This document shows, one piece after another, positions 1 through 8,563 of a DNA stretch of 64,000 nt (within the stretch, counting starts at the first letter, position 1; each line of letters starts with the position of its first letter). The notes under the pieces were generated by a model that was not told the origin of the DNA, did not search any database, and saw only the letters and a program-made list of their open reading frames with translations. Both the position numbers and the translations under genes were made by a program. Source of the stretch: Opitutales bacterium (GTDB lineage Bacteria > Verrucomicrobiota > Verrucomicrobiia > Opitutales > PNEW01); assembly GCA_965197745.1 (NCBI GenBank), contig CBDANS010000006.1, forward strand, positions 576,001 through 640,000, read 5' to 3'.

Positions 1-93
1 AGCAAAGGATCCCCGGAACGCAACTTGGCCCGAACTGAAGTGGTCCCTGAGTACGGCAAGCACCGCATTTCCGAATTGCCGGATGGTCATCAT
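1..93 (-). CDS. 5' part of a probable minus-strand gene running off the window edge (MMTIRQFGNAVLAVLRDHF...)
   Basis: ATG at 93, just downstream of the NUDIX stop and co-oriented with it; too short to assign a family. Confidence 0.3.
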   Translation of the reverse strand, partial: MMTIRQFGNAVLAVLRDHFSSGQVAFRGSFA

Positions 94-113
94 TACGGTG
101 CCAACGTCATGCC

Positions 114-644
114 TCAGTGGAGGGACTTGTCAGGGTCCACTTCAGCGCTTTGTTTTCTGTGTTTCATTTTTTCGTTCTCTAAGATTGACAACTTCAACAG
201 CACTTTGGCAATTGGCGAATGCCCATATTCGAGGGTCTGCAAAAACTGATTGGGACTGACAAGCTTGCGATGAGCTATCTCGTATTTCTGAGTAAACGGC
301 TGGACACGTACCCTGCATGAATACCGCATCTGATAATGGACTGAATCATCTTGAAGGTCTCGAACATGCTGCCAACCCATTAGAGAGTGTTTGATTACTT
401 CGCAGCAGGATTCCTCCAAAATCTCGCGCTTGAGCGCATCGTCGAGCGATTCGTCATTTTCCGGGTGTCCCCCGGGTATGTTCCATGTTTTGCCATCCGA
501 ACTGATCATTACGATTTGATCATCAGGAGTAAAACAGACGGCACTTACCTGGGTTGTTTGAGCACGCGGCGGTAAATTCTTTCCGCACTCCCATGTCACT
601 TCAAAGCGCCGCCCTTCAAATTCCGTCTGATCCCTAAGTATCAT
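114..644 (-). CDS. NUDIX hydrolase
   Basis: Nudix box GGHPENDESLDDALKREILEES. Confidence 0.9.
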   Translation of the reverse strand: MILRDQTEFEGRRFEVTWECGKNLPPRAQTTQVSAVCFTPDDQIVMISSDGKTWNIPGGHPENDESLDDALKREILEESCCEVIKHSLMGWQHVRDLQDDSVHYQMRYSCRVRVQPFTQKYEIAHRKLVSPNQFLQTLEYGHSPIAKVLLKLSILENEKMKHRKQSAEVDPDKSLH

Positions 645-682
645 TTTTTTCCCCAGCGAAAATCAGATTATCCATCTGGTTT

Positions 683-1216
683 TTAGCGATTAGCTGTATG
701 AGCTTTATCGATGATATCGGTATAAACATCTGTTTTGCCATAGGTATATGACTTTCTGTCATCTGAAAATTTACTCGCTAATTCACACTTCACATCTGCG
801 TATTTCATTCTCATCACTGGGTTATTGCACAAGAAATCTCTGAATAAGAGGTAATCGCGCCATTGTGGATCCGCCTCGGTTACCATGTGAATATGGGAAT
901 GGACGATATTGTATTGGACCCAAATGAAAAGGTGCCCTCCAGCGATCCCCTTGTCACCTCGATATTCATAACCCGCATTTGTCATACTGTCGATGTTTGC
1001 ACTGATATCGTTTTTCTTTGAAACAACAACAAGAATATCGACGATGGGCTTCGGCGGAAGTTCAGGAATAGAGGTACTGCCGATATGCTCAAATCGAATG
1101 AACCTGCCGTTGAGCGCCTCTGAGATTTTTATTTTCTCTTTCTCATAAAACTTGGCCCATACTTCGTGGTCAGTCCTCAATTCAACGGTACCATGTTGTA
1201 ATCCTGTCATAGACAT
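683..1216 (-). CDS. GrpB family protein
   Basis: EHIGSTSIP..KPIVDI, HIH, LLFRDFL, Y..GK motifs. Confidence 0.9.
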   Translation of the reverse strand: MSMTGLQHGTVELRTDHEVWAKFYEKEKIKISEALNGRFIRFEHIGSTSIPELPPKPIVDILVVVSKKNDISANIDSMTNAGYEYRGDKGIAGGHLFIWVQYNIVHSHIHMVTEADPQWRDYLLFRDFLCNNPVMRMKYADVKCELASKFSDDRKSYTYGKTDVYTDIIDKAHTANR

Positions 1217-1249
1217 AAAAAAAGGAACTTTTTTATATATATATTTATA

Positions 1250-1963
1250 TTAAATACTGTTTAGTATCGGGATTAAGCACTCCAGGGAATCTATTTCATA
1301 ATCAGGTTCGATAGTGCCCCTACTTCTGACAGAATCACGATTGAGCAACACCGATAGTATACCGCTGTCCTTAGCTCCTTTAATATCTGATTCAAGTGAA
1401 TCCCCTATATGCATTAGCTCATCGGGATTACACGCTGCTTTTTCTAGAGCAATATCGAACAGCCTTCGATCAGGTTTTTCTACCCCGTGATCCTGTGAAA
1501 AAATGACAAAACTGAAATAGCCCTCAAGACCACATCGGTCGGGGTAGTTGTTCCCGTTTGATAATAATCCAATTTTGTAACTACCGGCTAATGCATCTAA
1601 TGCCGTAATAACATCTTCATATAATTCTATGTCTTCAAATCTGTGTTTTAAATAAATCTCATTAAGTTCATGTGCTAATTCATCATTCTTTACACCGAAA
1701 AATTTCAATATCCGTTGAAATGCTTTGTAACGAACATCCTCAAGATTGATGATACGCCCTTTATATTCTTGTGCCACTTCATTTCGTATTTGGATCATTT
1801 TCTCTATGCTCAACAGAGCCGACTGTTCCCTCGTTACATGATCTTTAAGTTCGATAAGGACATGTTGCAAAGAATGTCTCATGACTTTTTCAAAATCCCA
1901 GAGCGTGCCATCACCATCGAAGGATAGTGCTTTGATTTGTGTGACTATTGGTCGATTAAGCAT
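1250..1963 (-). CDS. HAD-superfamily hydrolase (IA)
   Basis: FDGDGTL, SNG, KPD, HIGDSLESDIKGA. Confidence 0.9.
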   Translation of the reverse strand: MLNRPIVTQIKALSFDGDGTLWDFEKVMRHSLQHVLIELKDHVTREQSALLSIEKMIQIRNEVAQEYKGRIINLEDVRYKAFQRILKFFGVKNDELAHELNEIYLKHRFEDIELYEDVITALDALAGSYKIGLLSNGNNYPDRCGLEGYFSFVIFSQDHGVEKPDRRLFDIALEKAACNPDELMHIGDSLESDIKGAKDSGILSVLLNRDSVRSRGTIEPDYEIDSLECLIPILNSI

Positions 1964-2040
1964 CTGATTCGTTTTACAACAGCGTGGTTAACACCGCATT
2001 TTGAGCATGAAGAAGAGTCTGCCTCCCTTTTGACTGACAC

Positions 2041-3258
2041 CTAAACGTCGAGTATCTCCCGAGTTGTCTCGTAGCCGCCTGCGACATGAGCTGCAAGCCA
2101 GTCCGGACTGTCTCGCCGCGGTAGCGACAGCGCCGGTTCGCCCTTACAGCTCAAGCGGTAGAGTAGCCGGGCATCGTCAATCGAGCTGATTTTGAACTTG
2201 ATTGGCGGCGAGTTGTGCAGAGTCATGAAATTGTCCCAGATCGTCACGTCGCCCGGTGTGTGCACATGGTCGTAGCGGAATTGTGGCTGGAGCACGTGCG
2301 CTTCCAGGCGATCGAGAAAAGCGCGTGATTGCTCTATCGTCATCCCGTCTACCTCGATCGCCGGCCGTACCCCTGGCCGCGAAGCCCAGATCGGACTGTG
2401 TAAAGACTTTATCCCCGAACGCGGGTTGGTGCGCACCAAGGGCGCGAGCCACCCTTCATCTCCCTCGTTTAACCGTCGCCGCAGTTGAACGCGTTCCAGT
2501 GCAGTCTGCTCATCAGCCGGTAAAGCCTCAAAAGCAGCCGCCGTATCGGCATAGGGTGTCTCACCGTTTAAGGGCATATTCTTGCGCAGCTGCATCAACC
2601 TGACGTCAGAGTCCTCGTAATACGGTTTAGGGTCGCTGCTCGGTTCCTGTATCCAGTATCCTCCAGGGGCGTCGCGCGTGAGGGGCACATGGTGGACGAG
2701 AAACATGGACACGTATATCGGCAACAACTCGTACTCGATATCCGTATGCCAGGCGCCACCGGTTGACACGCGGGTATCCCCCTTCTCCCCCTTTTCCCGC
2801 TTCTCGTTGAAATTAGACACGACAAGCACCGTCGGCGACTCATGCGGCAGGCACTGCAACTGGTCAGGGAAAATCCTGTCGACGGCGGCCACCCTCCGCT
2901 TCTCGTAGGGGACAAACTCGATCGGTCCGTCGCTGGCCCCGTCATCTTGCGCCAGCTTGCCCCCACGCATGAAATTGTTCGGGTGCGGAATCGGCGCGCC
3001 CCAGTGATTGGCAAAGCGCTCAAAGTGGGCAAGGGAAAACCGGGCCAAATCCTGACCGGCGATGCAGACGATCCGAAACTGGCTTAATGCGTCGAGCAAA
3101 AAACCCACCTGGTCCTCGCTCAACTGGCAGCACAAGTCGATACCGGTGAAACGCACTCCAGCTCCGCTTTGGGTCAATGGGTTTTCGCTGTGCGCGTCGA
3201 CGCCGAACAGCACCTGCAGCCGCCGCTCCAGTTGCTGGTTTTTTGTTCCATTGTTCAT
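2041..3258 (-). CDS. TauD/TfdA family Fe(II)/2-oxoglutarate dioxygenase
   Basis: WHTD iron motif, GETPYAD, PLVRTNP, GDVTIWDN..TLH and LLYR. Confidence 0.85.
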   Translation of the reverse strand: MNNGTKNQQLERRLQVLFGVDAHSENPLTQSGAGVRFTGIDLCCQLSEDQVGFLLDALSQFRIVCIAGQDLARFSLAHFERFANHWGAPIPHPNNFMRGGKLAQDDGASDGPIEFVPYEKRRVAAVDRIFPDQLQCLPHESPTVLVVSNFNEKREKGEKGDTRVSTGGAWHTDIEYELLPIYVSMFLVHHVPLTRDAPGGYWIQEPSSDPKPYYEDSDVRLMQLRKNMPLNGETPYADTAAAFEALPADEQTALERVQLRRRLNEGDEGWLAPLVRTNPRSGIKSLHSPIWASRPGVRPAIEVDGMTIEQSRAFLDRLEAHVLQPQFRYDHVHTPGDVTIWDNFMTLHNSPPIKFKISSIDDARLLYRLSCKGEPALSLPRRDSPDWLAAHVAGGYETTREILDV

Positions 3259-3347
3259 AACTATCCCCTCATGTATAGCTATGGGCTAATATAAATGAAA
3301 GCATAAGGGGCAGTTGTTGTAATTTTTTTTAATTTATAACTGTCGCC

Positions 3348-4214
3348 CTATATCTCCATGCCGAAGTGGTCATGGAAGAACTTAGCGTATTCATCTAAAG
3401 TCATCTCTCGACCAAAATTAACCCAGTCCTCATCCGACATCGCCCGACGCCCGGCAGCCCATCCTTTAGCATCTTCACCACACAGATAGCGGAGCTTTGG
3501 CTGATTCGTTTCCAGTGATCGCTGAATAGTCTCTGCCACCAGTTTCGGTGGAGAAGCATTTGGCAACATTGTCGCGGACAGCCTTTTACTTCGCAAGTTA
3601 AACGCGTTATAAGGAGAATTGGGATCCGGATCTGGTCCGCGTTTATCAAAGATCGGGGTTCGGATAAATCCTGGCTCGATGATTACCACCCGGATGTTAA
3701 AGCGCCGAACTTCCTGCGCCAGGGATTCACTCGCCGCCTCAAGGGCGAACTTCGATCCGGAGTAGGCACCGCCCCGCGCGTTTGCCAGTAGTCCCGCGAT
3801 CGAAGAGACATTGACAATCGCGCCGCTACGGGCTTGACGCATGGTTGGCAGCACCAGTCGCATCATGCGCATCGCACCGAAGTAGTTGGTCTCAAAGACC
3901 GCCCTTAGAACTTCCTCCGGCATTTCTTCTATGGGACCACCCCCGCCGATGCCGGCATTGTTGATCAACACATCGAGCTGTCCCGTCCGCTCAAGAACCG
4001 TTTCCACCGCGCGCTCGGAAGATTTCGGATCATTCACATCGAGTTGAATTATATCAAGCTTCAGTCCCTCCTTTCGGGCCGCCTGCTTCAGCTCGTCTGA
4101 ACCGGTATCCGGGTTGCGCATGCTGGCAAAGACATGATATCCCTGGCGGGCCAGGTGGAGCGCTGTAGACTGACCGATGCCGGTGCTCGTTCCTGTAATG
4201 AGTGTAACTGACAT
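3348..4214 (-). CDS. Short-chain dehydrogenase/reductase
   Basis: TGTSTGIG, NNAG, YSGSK catalytic motif. Confidence 0.95.
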   Translation of the reverse strand: MSVTLITGTSTGIGQSTALHLARQGYHVFASMRNPDTGSDELKQAARKEGLKLDIIQLDVNDPKSSERAVETVLERTGQLDVLINNAGIGGGGPIEEMPEEVLRAVFETNYFGAMRMMRLVLPTMRQARSGAIVNVSSIAGLLANARGGAYSGSKFALEAASESLAQEVRRFNIRVVIIEPGFIRTPIFDKRGPDPDPNSPYNAFNLRSKRLSATMLPNASPPKLVAETIQRSLETNQPKLRYLCGEDAKGWAAGRRAMSDEDWVNFGREMTLDEYAKFFHDHFGMEI

Positions 4215-4324
4215 GTTCTTCTCCTTTAATTCTTATTCTTTAGCTCAACCAGATAAAAAAACACAGTTTCTATTAAAATTGCATAAACTACCGCTCTCAA
4301 TTGACATTCAGCAAATGTTTTGCA

Positions 4325-4414
4325 GGCAGCGTCTGCGCATCTGCCGAGTAGGCATCATAATATTAGAAGCGAGAGGATCAAGAGAATTTGTAAGCTCATG
4401 TGTTAAAGCATGTT
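4325..4414 (-). promoter_or_regulatory. Putative sigma70 promoter plus leader hairpin, copy 1 (paralog at 60152-60241)
   Basis: Minus strand TTGATC-N16-TATGAT followed by GGCA-GAT-GCG-CAGA-CGC-TGCC; aligns ungapped with 60152-60241. Confidence 0.5.
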
Positions 4415-4561
4415 CGATTTGATCCGAACGGTTGTCAAACGATATAAAAAATAAACGAATCTCAGGGTGGGCAGGTCCCAAGTATAGTTTAAATTTGTCG
4501 GTCAGCAGGATTTGTCTGCATCATTAATTTTGATAAAACCGACATAACAACTTGCGATAAT

Positions 4562-4594
4562 CTACATATGTAGTCTACTTGTCTACTTAAGTAG
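4562..4594. promoter_or_regulatory. BlaI/MecI/CopY-type operator palindromes
   Basis: CTACATATGTAG (exact TACA-NN-TGTA box) at 4562-4573 and CTACTTAAGTAG at 4583-4594, directly upstream of the BlaI-family gene. Confidence 0.75.
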
Positions 4595-4616
4595 TCTTTA
4601 AAAGAGTAAAACAACT

Positions 4617-5009
4617 ATGAATGAGAATAAGAAAATAAAATTATCCCGTCTGGAAATGGAGGTAATAGAGCCACTATGGAATATGGGCACCGCGTCGATT
4701 CGCCAGATTCATGAAAGTTTACCCGAAGAGAAACGTCCCGAGTTCACTACGGTGCAAACGATAATCTATCGTCTGGAAGAAAAAGGTGCGGTAAAGCGAC
4801 TCCATAAAATTGGCAATGCCTATATCTTCAATCCCCTTATCAGCCGCAAATCAGCGATTGGAAACTTGGTCGATGATTTACTCAGTCTCTTAGGAGGATC
4901 CCCTAACCCTATGATGGCCCATCTCCTGGAGACGGGAAAAATTACGCTAAAGGATTTAAAGCAGATGGAAACCATCTTGGATAATAACCGAGAAGAGGAC
5001 AAAAAATGA
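4617..5009 (+). CDS. BlaI/MecI/CopY family transcriptional repressor
   Basis: LSRLEMEVIEPLW..TTVQTIIYRLEEKG winged helix; overlaps the M56 gene by 4 nt. Confidence 0.92.
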   Translation: MNENKKIKLSRLEMEVIEPLWNMGTASIRQIHESLPEEKRPEFTTVQTIIYRLEEKGAVKRLHKIGNAYIFNPLISRKSAIGNLVDDLLSLLGGSPNPMMAHLLETGKITLKDLKQMETILDNNREEDKK

Positions 5010-7177
5010 AGCTATTTAATATTGTCAATGGACCGACACTCACTTTCTGGGTTGATATGGGCAATCACCTTTGGCAGTCCACGCTGTTTGGTTTATTCAT
5101 TGTCCTGGTAATCTTATTTCTAAATAATGCATCTGCGAATACGAGATACATTGTCGGTTGGATCGGGTTAATAAAATTTATCCTTCCCTCTGCCCTTTTG
5201 TATCAGGCAGGACAAAGTCTCCAGCTATCATTCTTTAATAAAGAGTTTTGGAATATAGAAGGATTAATCCCGTTTAACCCTCAATTTACAGAACCATTGT
5301 TCCTCTTTAATAAGACGGACTCATTATTAGTAGAACCGGTATCGATAACGACTGTATCACCCTACTCTGGAATAACCTTATTAAATATTCTTGGGTTTAT
5401 ATGGCTGGTTGGCGCTCTGCTTATTTTTGTAAGATGGCAATATCAACTTCACAATCTAAAACGAGAATTACTGACCCAGTCCCGACCGGCAAATGAATCG
5501 CTGAATACACTGTTAAAGCAATTAAGGGTAAAAATTAACCTCAAAAATAATGTATCAGCCTTACTCATCGATAAAAAAATCGAACCCGGTGTTCTTGGTG
5601 TATTCACTTCTAAGCTAATTCTGCCTGATTATCTGGTTAAGAATTTATCGGCAAAGGAGCTTGAGCCTATCCTCATACATGAACTGGCTCACGCTAAACG
5701 CCGTGACAACTTATGGGGTTTTTTGCAAATGGTCTTATTTTGTCTCCTCTGGTTTAACCCCTTAATCTGGTGGTTGAATCGTCGTTTAACCTGGGAGAGT
5801 GAAAGATCCTGCGATGAAACAGTTCTTATTCAATCCAAAGATAAAAACAATTATGCGAAAGGTATTATTATGGTTTCGCATTATTGTATCGGTTTAAAAA
5901 CACCGGGCTTTTCAGGTATTAACGATATACGCCTGGAAAACAGATTGGAATCTATTATCAGATTCAACGGTAATAAATTATTCAGTCGCTTCACGCACCG
6001 GTTTATTATTGTCACTGCCTTGTTCTTCTTATTTCTCACCACTTCAACCAGTGGATTCCTTGCTCATTTAGGAGCATTAAACATTCATGAAGACAGTAAC
6101 ACTGCAAAAGATGTTATTGCCGCCGCAGAGGGTGACTCGATAAATGAAGTCATCAATAATAGAGAGGCTGTTTTGCCCGATGAAAAGGCCTTCAATGCTG
6201 TAAATAATAGCCATGAAGTAATACCAATGGCTAAGGAGGAAAGAAGCAATGAATCCCACTCGGGTTATGTTGAAATCGCACCTGAATCAACACTCAAAAT
6301 AACAGATTCAGATCCTCCTCAATCTATTGAGGTGGAAGATTATACTAGCTTACCCGATTCCGTAAAGATTCCCTTTTTCAATGCCTCCACAACCTCTACT
6401 CTCAATAAGCTGTTTAGACCGCTGCAGGTTGCCCAAACCACAGGTGGAGATAAAACGGATCGAATTTATGAACGGGAATATCCGACAAGCTATGAGGAAG
6501 AAGTTGACATAAATATCGCTGACTATCCCGATCTGGAAATTAAAAATAAAGTGATGCCGAGATTTCCAAGATCGGTTCTCCATTTAGGTTACGATAAAGG
6601 CTTTGCCAAAATAGTTTTTATTGTCGATGAGGCAGGTCAACAGAGAGATTTTGTCGTAACCTCTACTTCTCATCCCGACTTCGGCATGGAGTTACTTAAA
6701 GCATTAAGAAAATGGAAATTTTCTCCCATCTACGTTAAGAGAAAACCACAGACGACGCGGATCAAATTGGAAGCTAACTTTAAATTTAGAGGGATCAGTA
6801 ATGATGATATAAATATAATAGAAGAAGCCCAATTGCGTTTTGAAAGAGTTAAGCCCATCTACAGAATAAATAATCTAAGTGAATTAGATAGGGAACCAAG
6901 ACTGCTTAAAGAAGTGCCTCCCTTTTTTCCTGAAAAAATGAAAAGAAGAAACAAAAACGGGAGAGTATTGGTTGAGTTTTTCATTGATCCTAACGGTAAC
7001 GTATTGGCTCCGGGAATAAAGTCGGCAACGAATGATGATTTTGCCATTGCCGTCCTATCCGCTGTTCAGAAATGGAAGTTTGAACCACCAATGAAGAATG
7101 GAATCCCGGTATCAGCGCATGTGTTTCAGCATTTCAATTTTAGTTATGTCCCGGTGAAAAAAAATAAAAACAGGTAA
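5006..7177 (+). CDS. M56 (BlaR1/MecR1-like) metallopeptidase with two C-terminal TonB-C domains
   Basis: HELAHAKRRD, WFNPLIW, E.SCD; two P.FP...G.V...F.VD..G...W.F.P TonB_C repeats. Confidence 0.9.
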   Translation: MKLFNIVNGPTLTFWVDMGNHLWQSTLFGLFIVLVILFLNNASANTRYIVGWIGLIKFILPSALLYQAGQSLQLSFFNKEFWNIEGLIPFNPQFTEPLFLFNKTDSLLVEPVSITTVSPYSGITLLNILGFIWLVGALLIFVRWQYQLHNLKRELLTQSRPANESLNTLLKQLRVKINLKNNVSALLIDKKIEPGVLGVFTSKLILPDYLVKNLSAKELEPILIHELAHAKRRDNLWGFLQMVLFCLLWFNPLIWWLNRRLTWESERSCDETVLIQSKDKNNYAKGIIMVSHYCIGLKTPGFSGINDIRLENRLESIIRFNGNKLFSRFTHRFIIVTALFFLFLTTSTSGFLAHLGALNIHEDSNTAKDVIAAAEGDSINEVINNREAVLPDEKAFNAVNNSHEVIPMAKEERSNESHSGYVEIAPESTLKITDSDPPQSIEVEDYTSLPDSVKIPFFNASTTSTLNKLFRPLQVAQTTGGDKTDRIYEREYPTSYEEEVDINIADYPDLEIKNKVMPRFPRSVLHLGYDKGFAKIVFIVDEAGQQRDFVVTSTSHPDFGMELLKALRKWKFSPIYVKRKPQTTRIKLEANFKFRGISNDDINIIEEAQLRFERVKPIYRINNLSELDREPRLLKEVPPFFPEKMKRRNKNGRVLVEFFIDPNGNVLAPGIKSATNDDFAIAVLSAVQKWKFEPPMKNGIPVSAHVFQHFNFSYVPVKKNKNR

Positions 7178-7313
7178 GTAAACCTTCAAGTAAGCTACTC
7201 AAGGCAGAAAGGGGTAAAATGGCTAAGCTTTTCCATAATAGGTTACTGGTCGTGACCACGAAAACTGGTCCACTTGAAAAGTTAGTCTGGTCCAACTAGA
7301 AAGGACACAGACA

Positions 7314-7580
7314 ATGAAAGGCAAAAGATACACGACCGAAGAGAAAATACGGATGCTGCGCCAGGCGGACAAAGGGAAAACGATCCTGGAAGCATGCCGC
7401 GAGAACAACATAAGCGAACAGACCTTCCACCGCTGGAAACGTGAGTTTGGGATGATTGATGTCAACCAGGCCAAGCGGATGAAGGAGCTCGAGAAGGAGA
7501 ACGCGCGGTTAAAACGGATGCTGGCGGACAAGATGCTGGGGATAGAGATCCTGCAGGAGACCCTCGAAAAAAAACTGTAA
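7314..7580 (+). CDS. IS3 OrfA (HTH_Tnp_1)
   Basis: KRYTTEEKI..ISEQTFHRWKREFG..RMKELEKENARLK; ends in an A-run slippery site (gaaaaaaaactgtaa). Confidence 0.93.
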   Translation: MKGKRYTTEEKIRMLRQADKGKTILEACRENNISEQTFHRWKREFGMIDVNQAKRMKELEKENARLKRMLADKMLGIEILQETLEKKL

Positions 7581-8555
7581 GCCCTGGGCACAAGCGGCAA
7601 GTGGCAGAGAGACTTGTGACTCGGGGCCAGTGTTCGATGCGAGCGGGGTGCCGGTACTTTCGGCTGCACCGTTCCACCTATGCGTATAGGGCCAAGCATC
7701 CGGATGCCTGGCTAACGAAACTAAAAGCGGCAGTAAGGCGGTTATCACGGCAATACGCGAGGTGGGGCTATCCCAAGATCACGAAGCTGTTGAAGGACGA
7801 AGGCTGGCAGGTGGGTAAACGTCTCGTGCAACGTCTGCGACGTGAACTGGGTCTGGCGATCCCCCCACGCAAGCCAAGACGCCGGCGCAGGGATGTCTGC
7901 ACCGGGCTACCGACAAAGGCCGAACATCCCGACCATGTTTGGACCTGGGATTTTATCCACGATAAGACGGTTCGCGGCGGCAGTCTAAAAATGCTGACCG
8001 TGCTCGATGAGTACACCCGCGAGTGCCGGGTGATCCATGTTGATCGCCATATCAATGCGGAAACGGTGCGCGGTATCATGCAAAAACTGCTCGACCGGCA
8101 TGGGCCGCCAAAATATATTCGTAGCGACAACGGTTCCGTTCCGAGGAGCGAAGCGACGACATGCAAAGCCATTCATTGAAAGCCAATTGAGAGCCTGGCT
8201 AACTGCGATGAAAATCAAAACCCTCTATATCGAACCAGCAAGCCCTTGGCAGAACGGATACATTGAATCGTTCCATGCCCGTTTTCGCGAGGAGTGTTTA
8301 AACCGTGAACAGTTATGGACTTTGACCGAAGCCCGCGTGGTCATCGAAGATTGGCGCTGGCTTTACAATCATGTCCGACCCCACCGCAGCCTCGGCAACA
8401 TCACTCCACGGCACTTCACTGAAAACCTCAATACCGAAGGCTCGGGCTCCATTCGGGCTACGCCCTCATTGCGCCCAAGCCTTGACTTCCTCTACCAACT
8501 TAACTTCAACATTAACCTCTCCAGACTAACTCTCCCTGTGGACCAGTTTGTGTAA
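7577..8555 (+). pseudogene. IS3 OrfB DDE transposase, frameshifted by a 31-nt insert at 8138-8168
   Basis: VWTWDF, LDEYTREC and RSDNGS lie in one frame; FIE..SPWQNGYIESFH..RPHRSLG continues in the +1 frame. Confidence 0.88.
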
Positions 8556-8563
8556 CCCGACCA

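Larger units (their letters stand above)
7247..8563 (+). mobile_element. IS3-family insertion sequence A (1317 bp)
   Basis: TG...CA ends; IRL TGGTCGTGACCACGAAAACTGGTCCAC vs IRR(rc) TGGTCGGGTTACACAAACTGGTCCAC; orfA/orfB layout; no TSD (ttac|gagg). Confidence 0.95.

Noticed and set aside
2177..3289. Numerous antisense and alternative-frame ORFs over TauD, the IS elements, the TPR gene and others
   Set aside because: They are shadow ORFs of GC-richer genes that have clear family motifs in another frame.
8138..8168. The IS inserts can be parsed as GT...AG, like spliceosomal introns
   Set aside because: The context is clearly bacterial (operons, RBS, IS), the boundaries are ambiguous by 1-3 nt, and there is no branch point or pyrimidine tract. 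Treated as coincidence. They are also far too short for group I or II introns.
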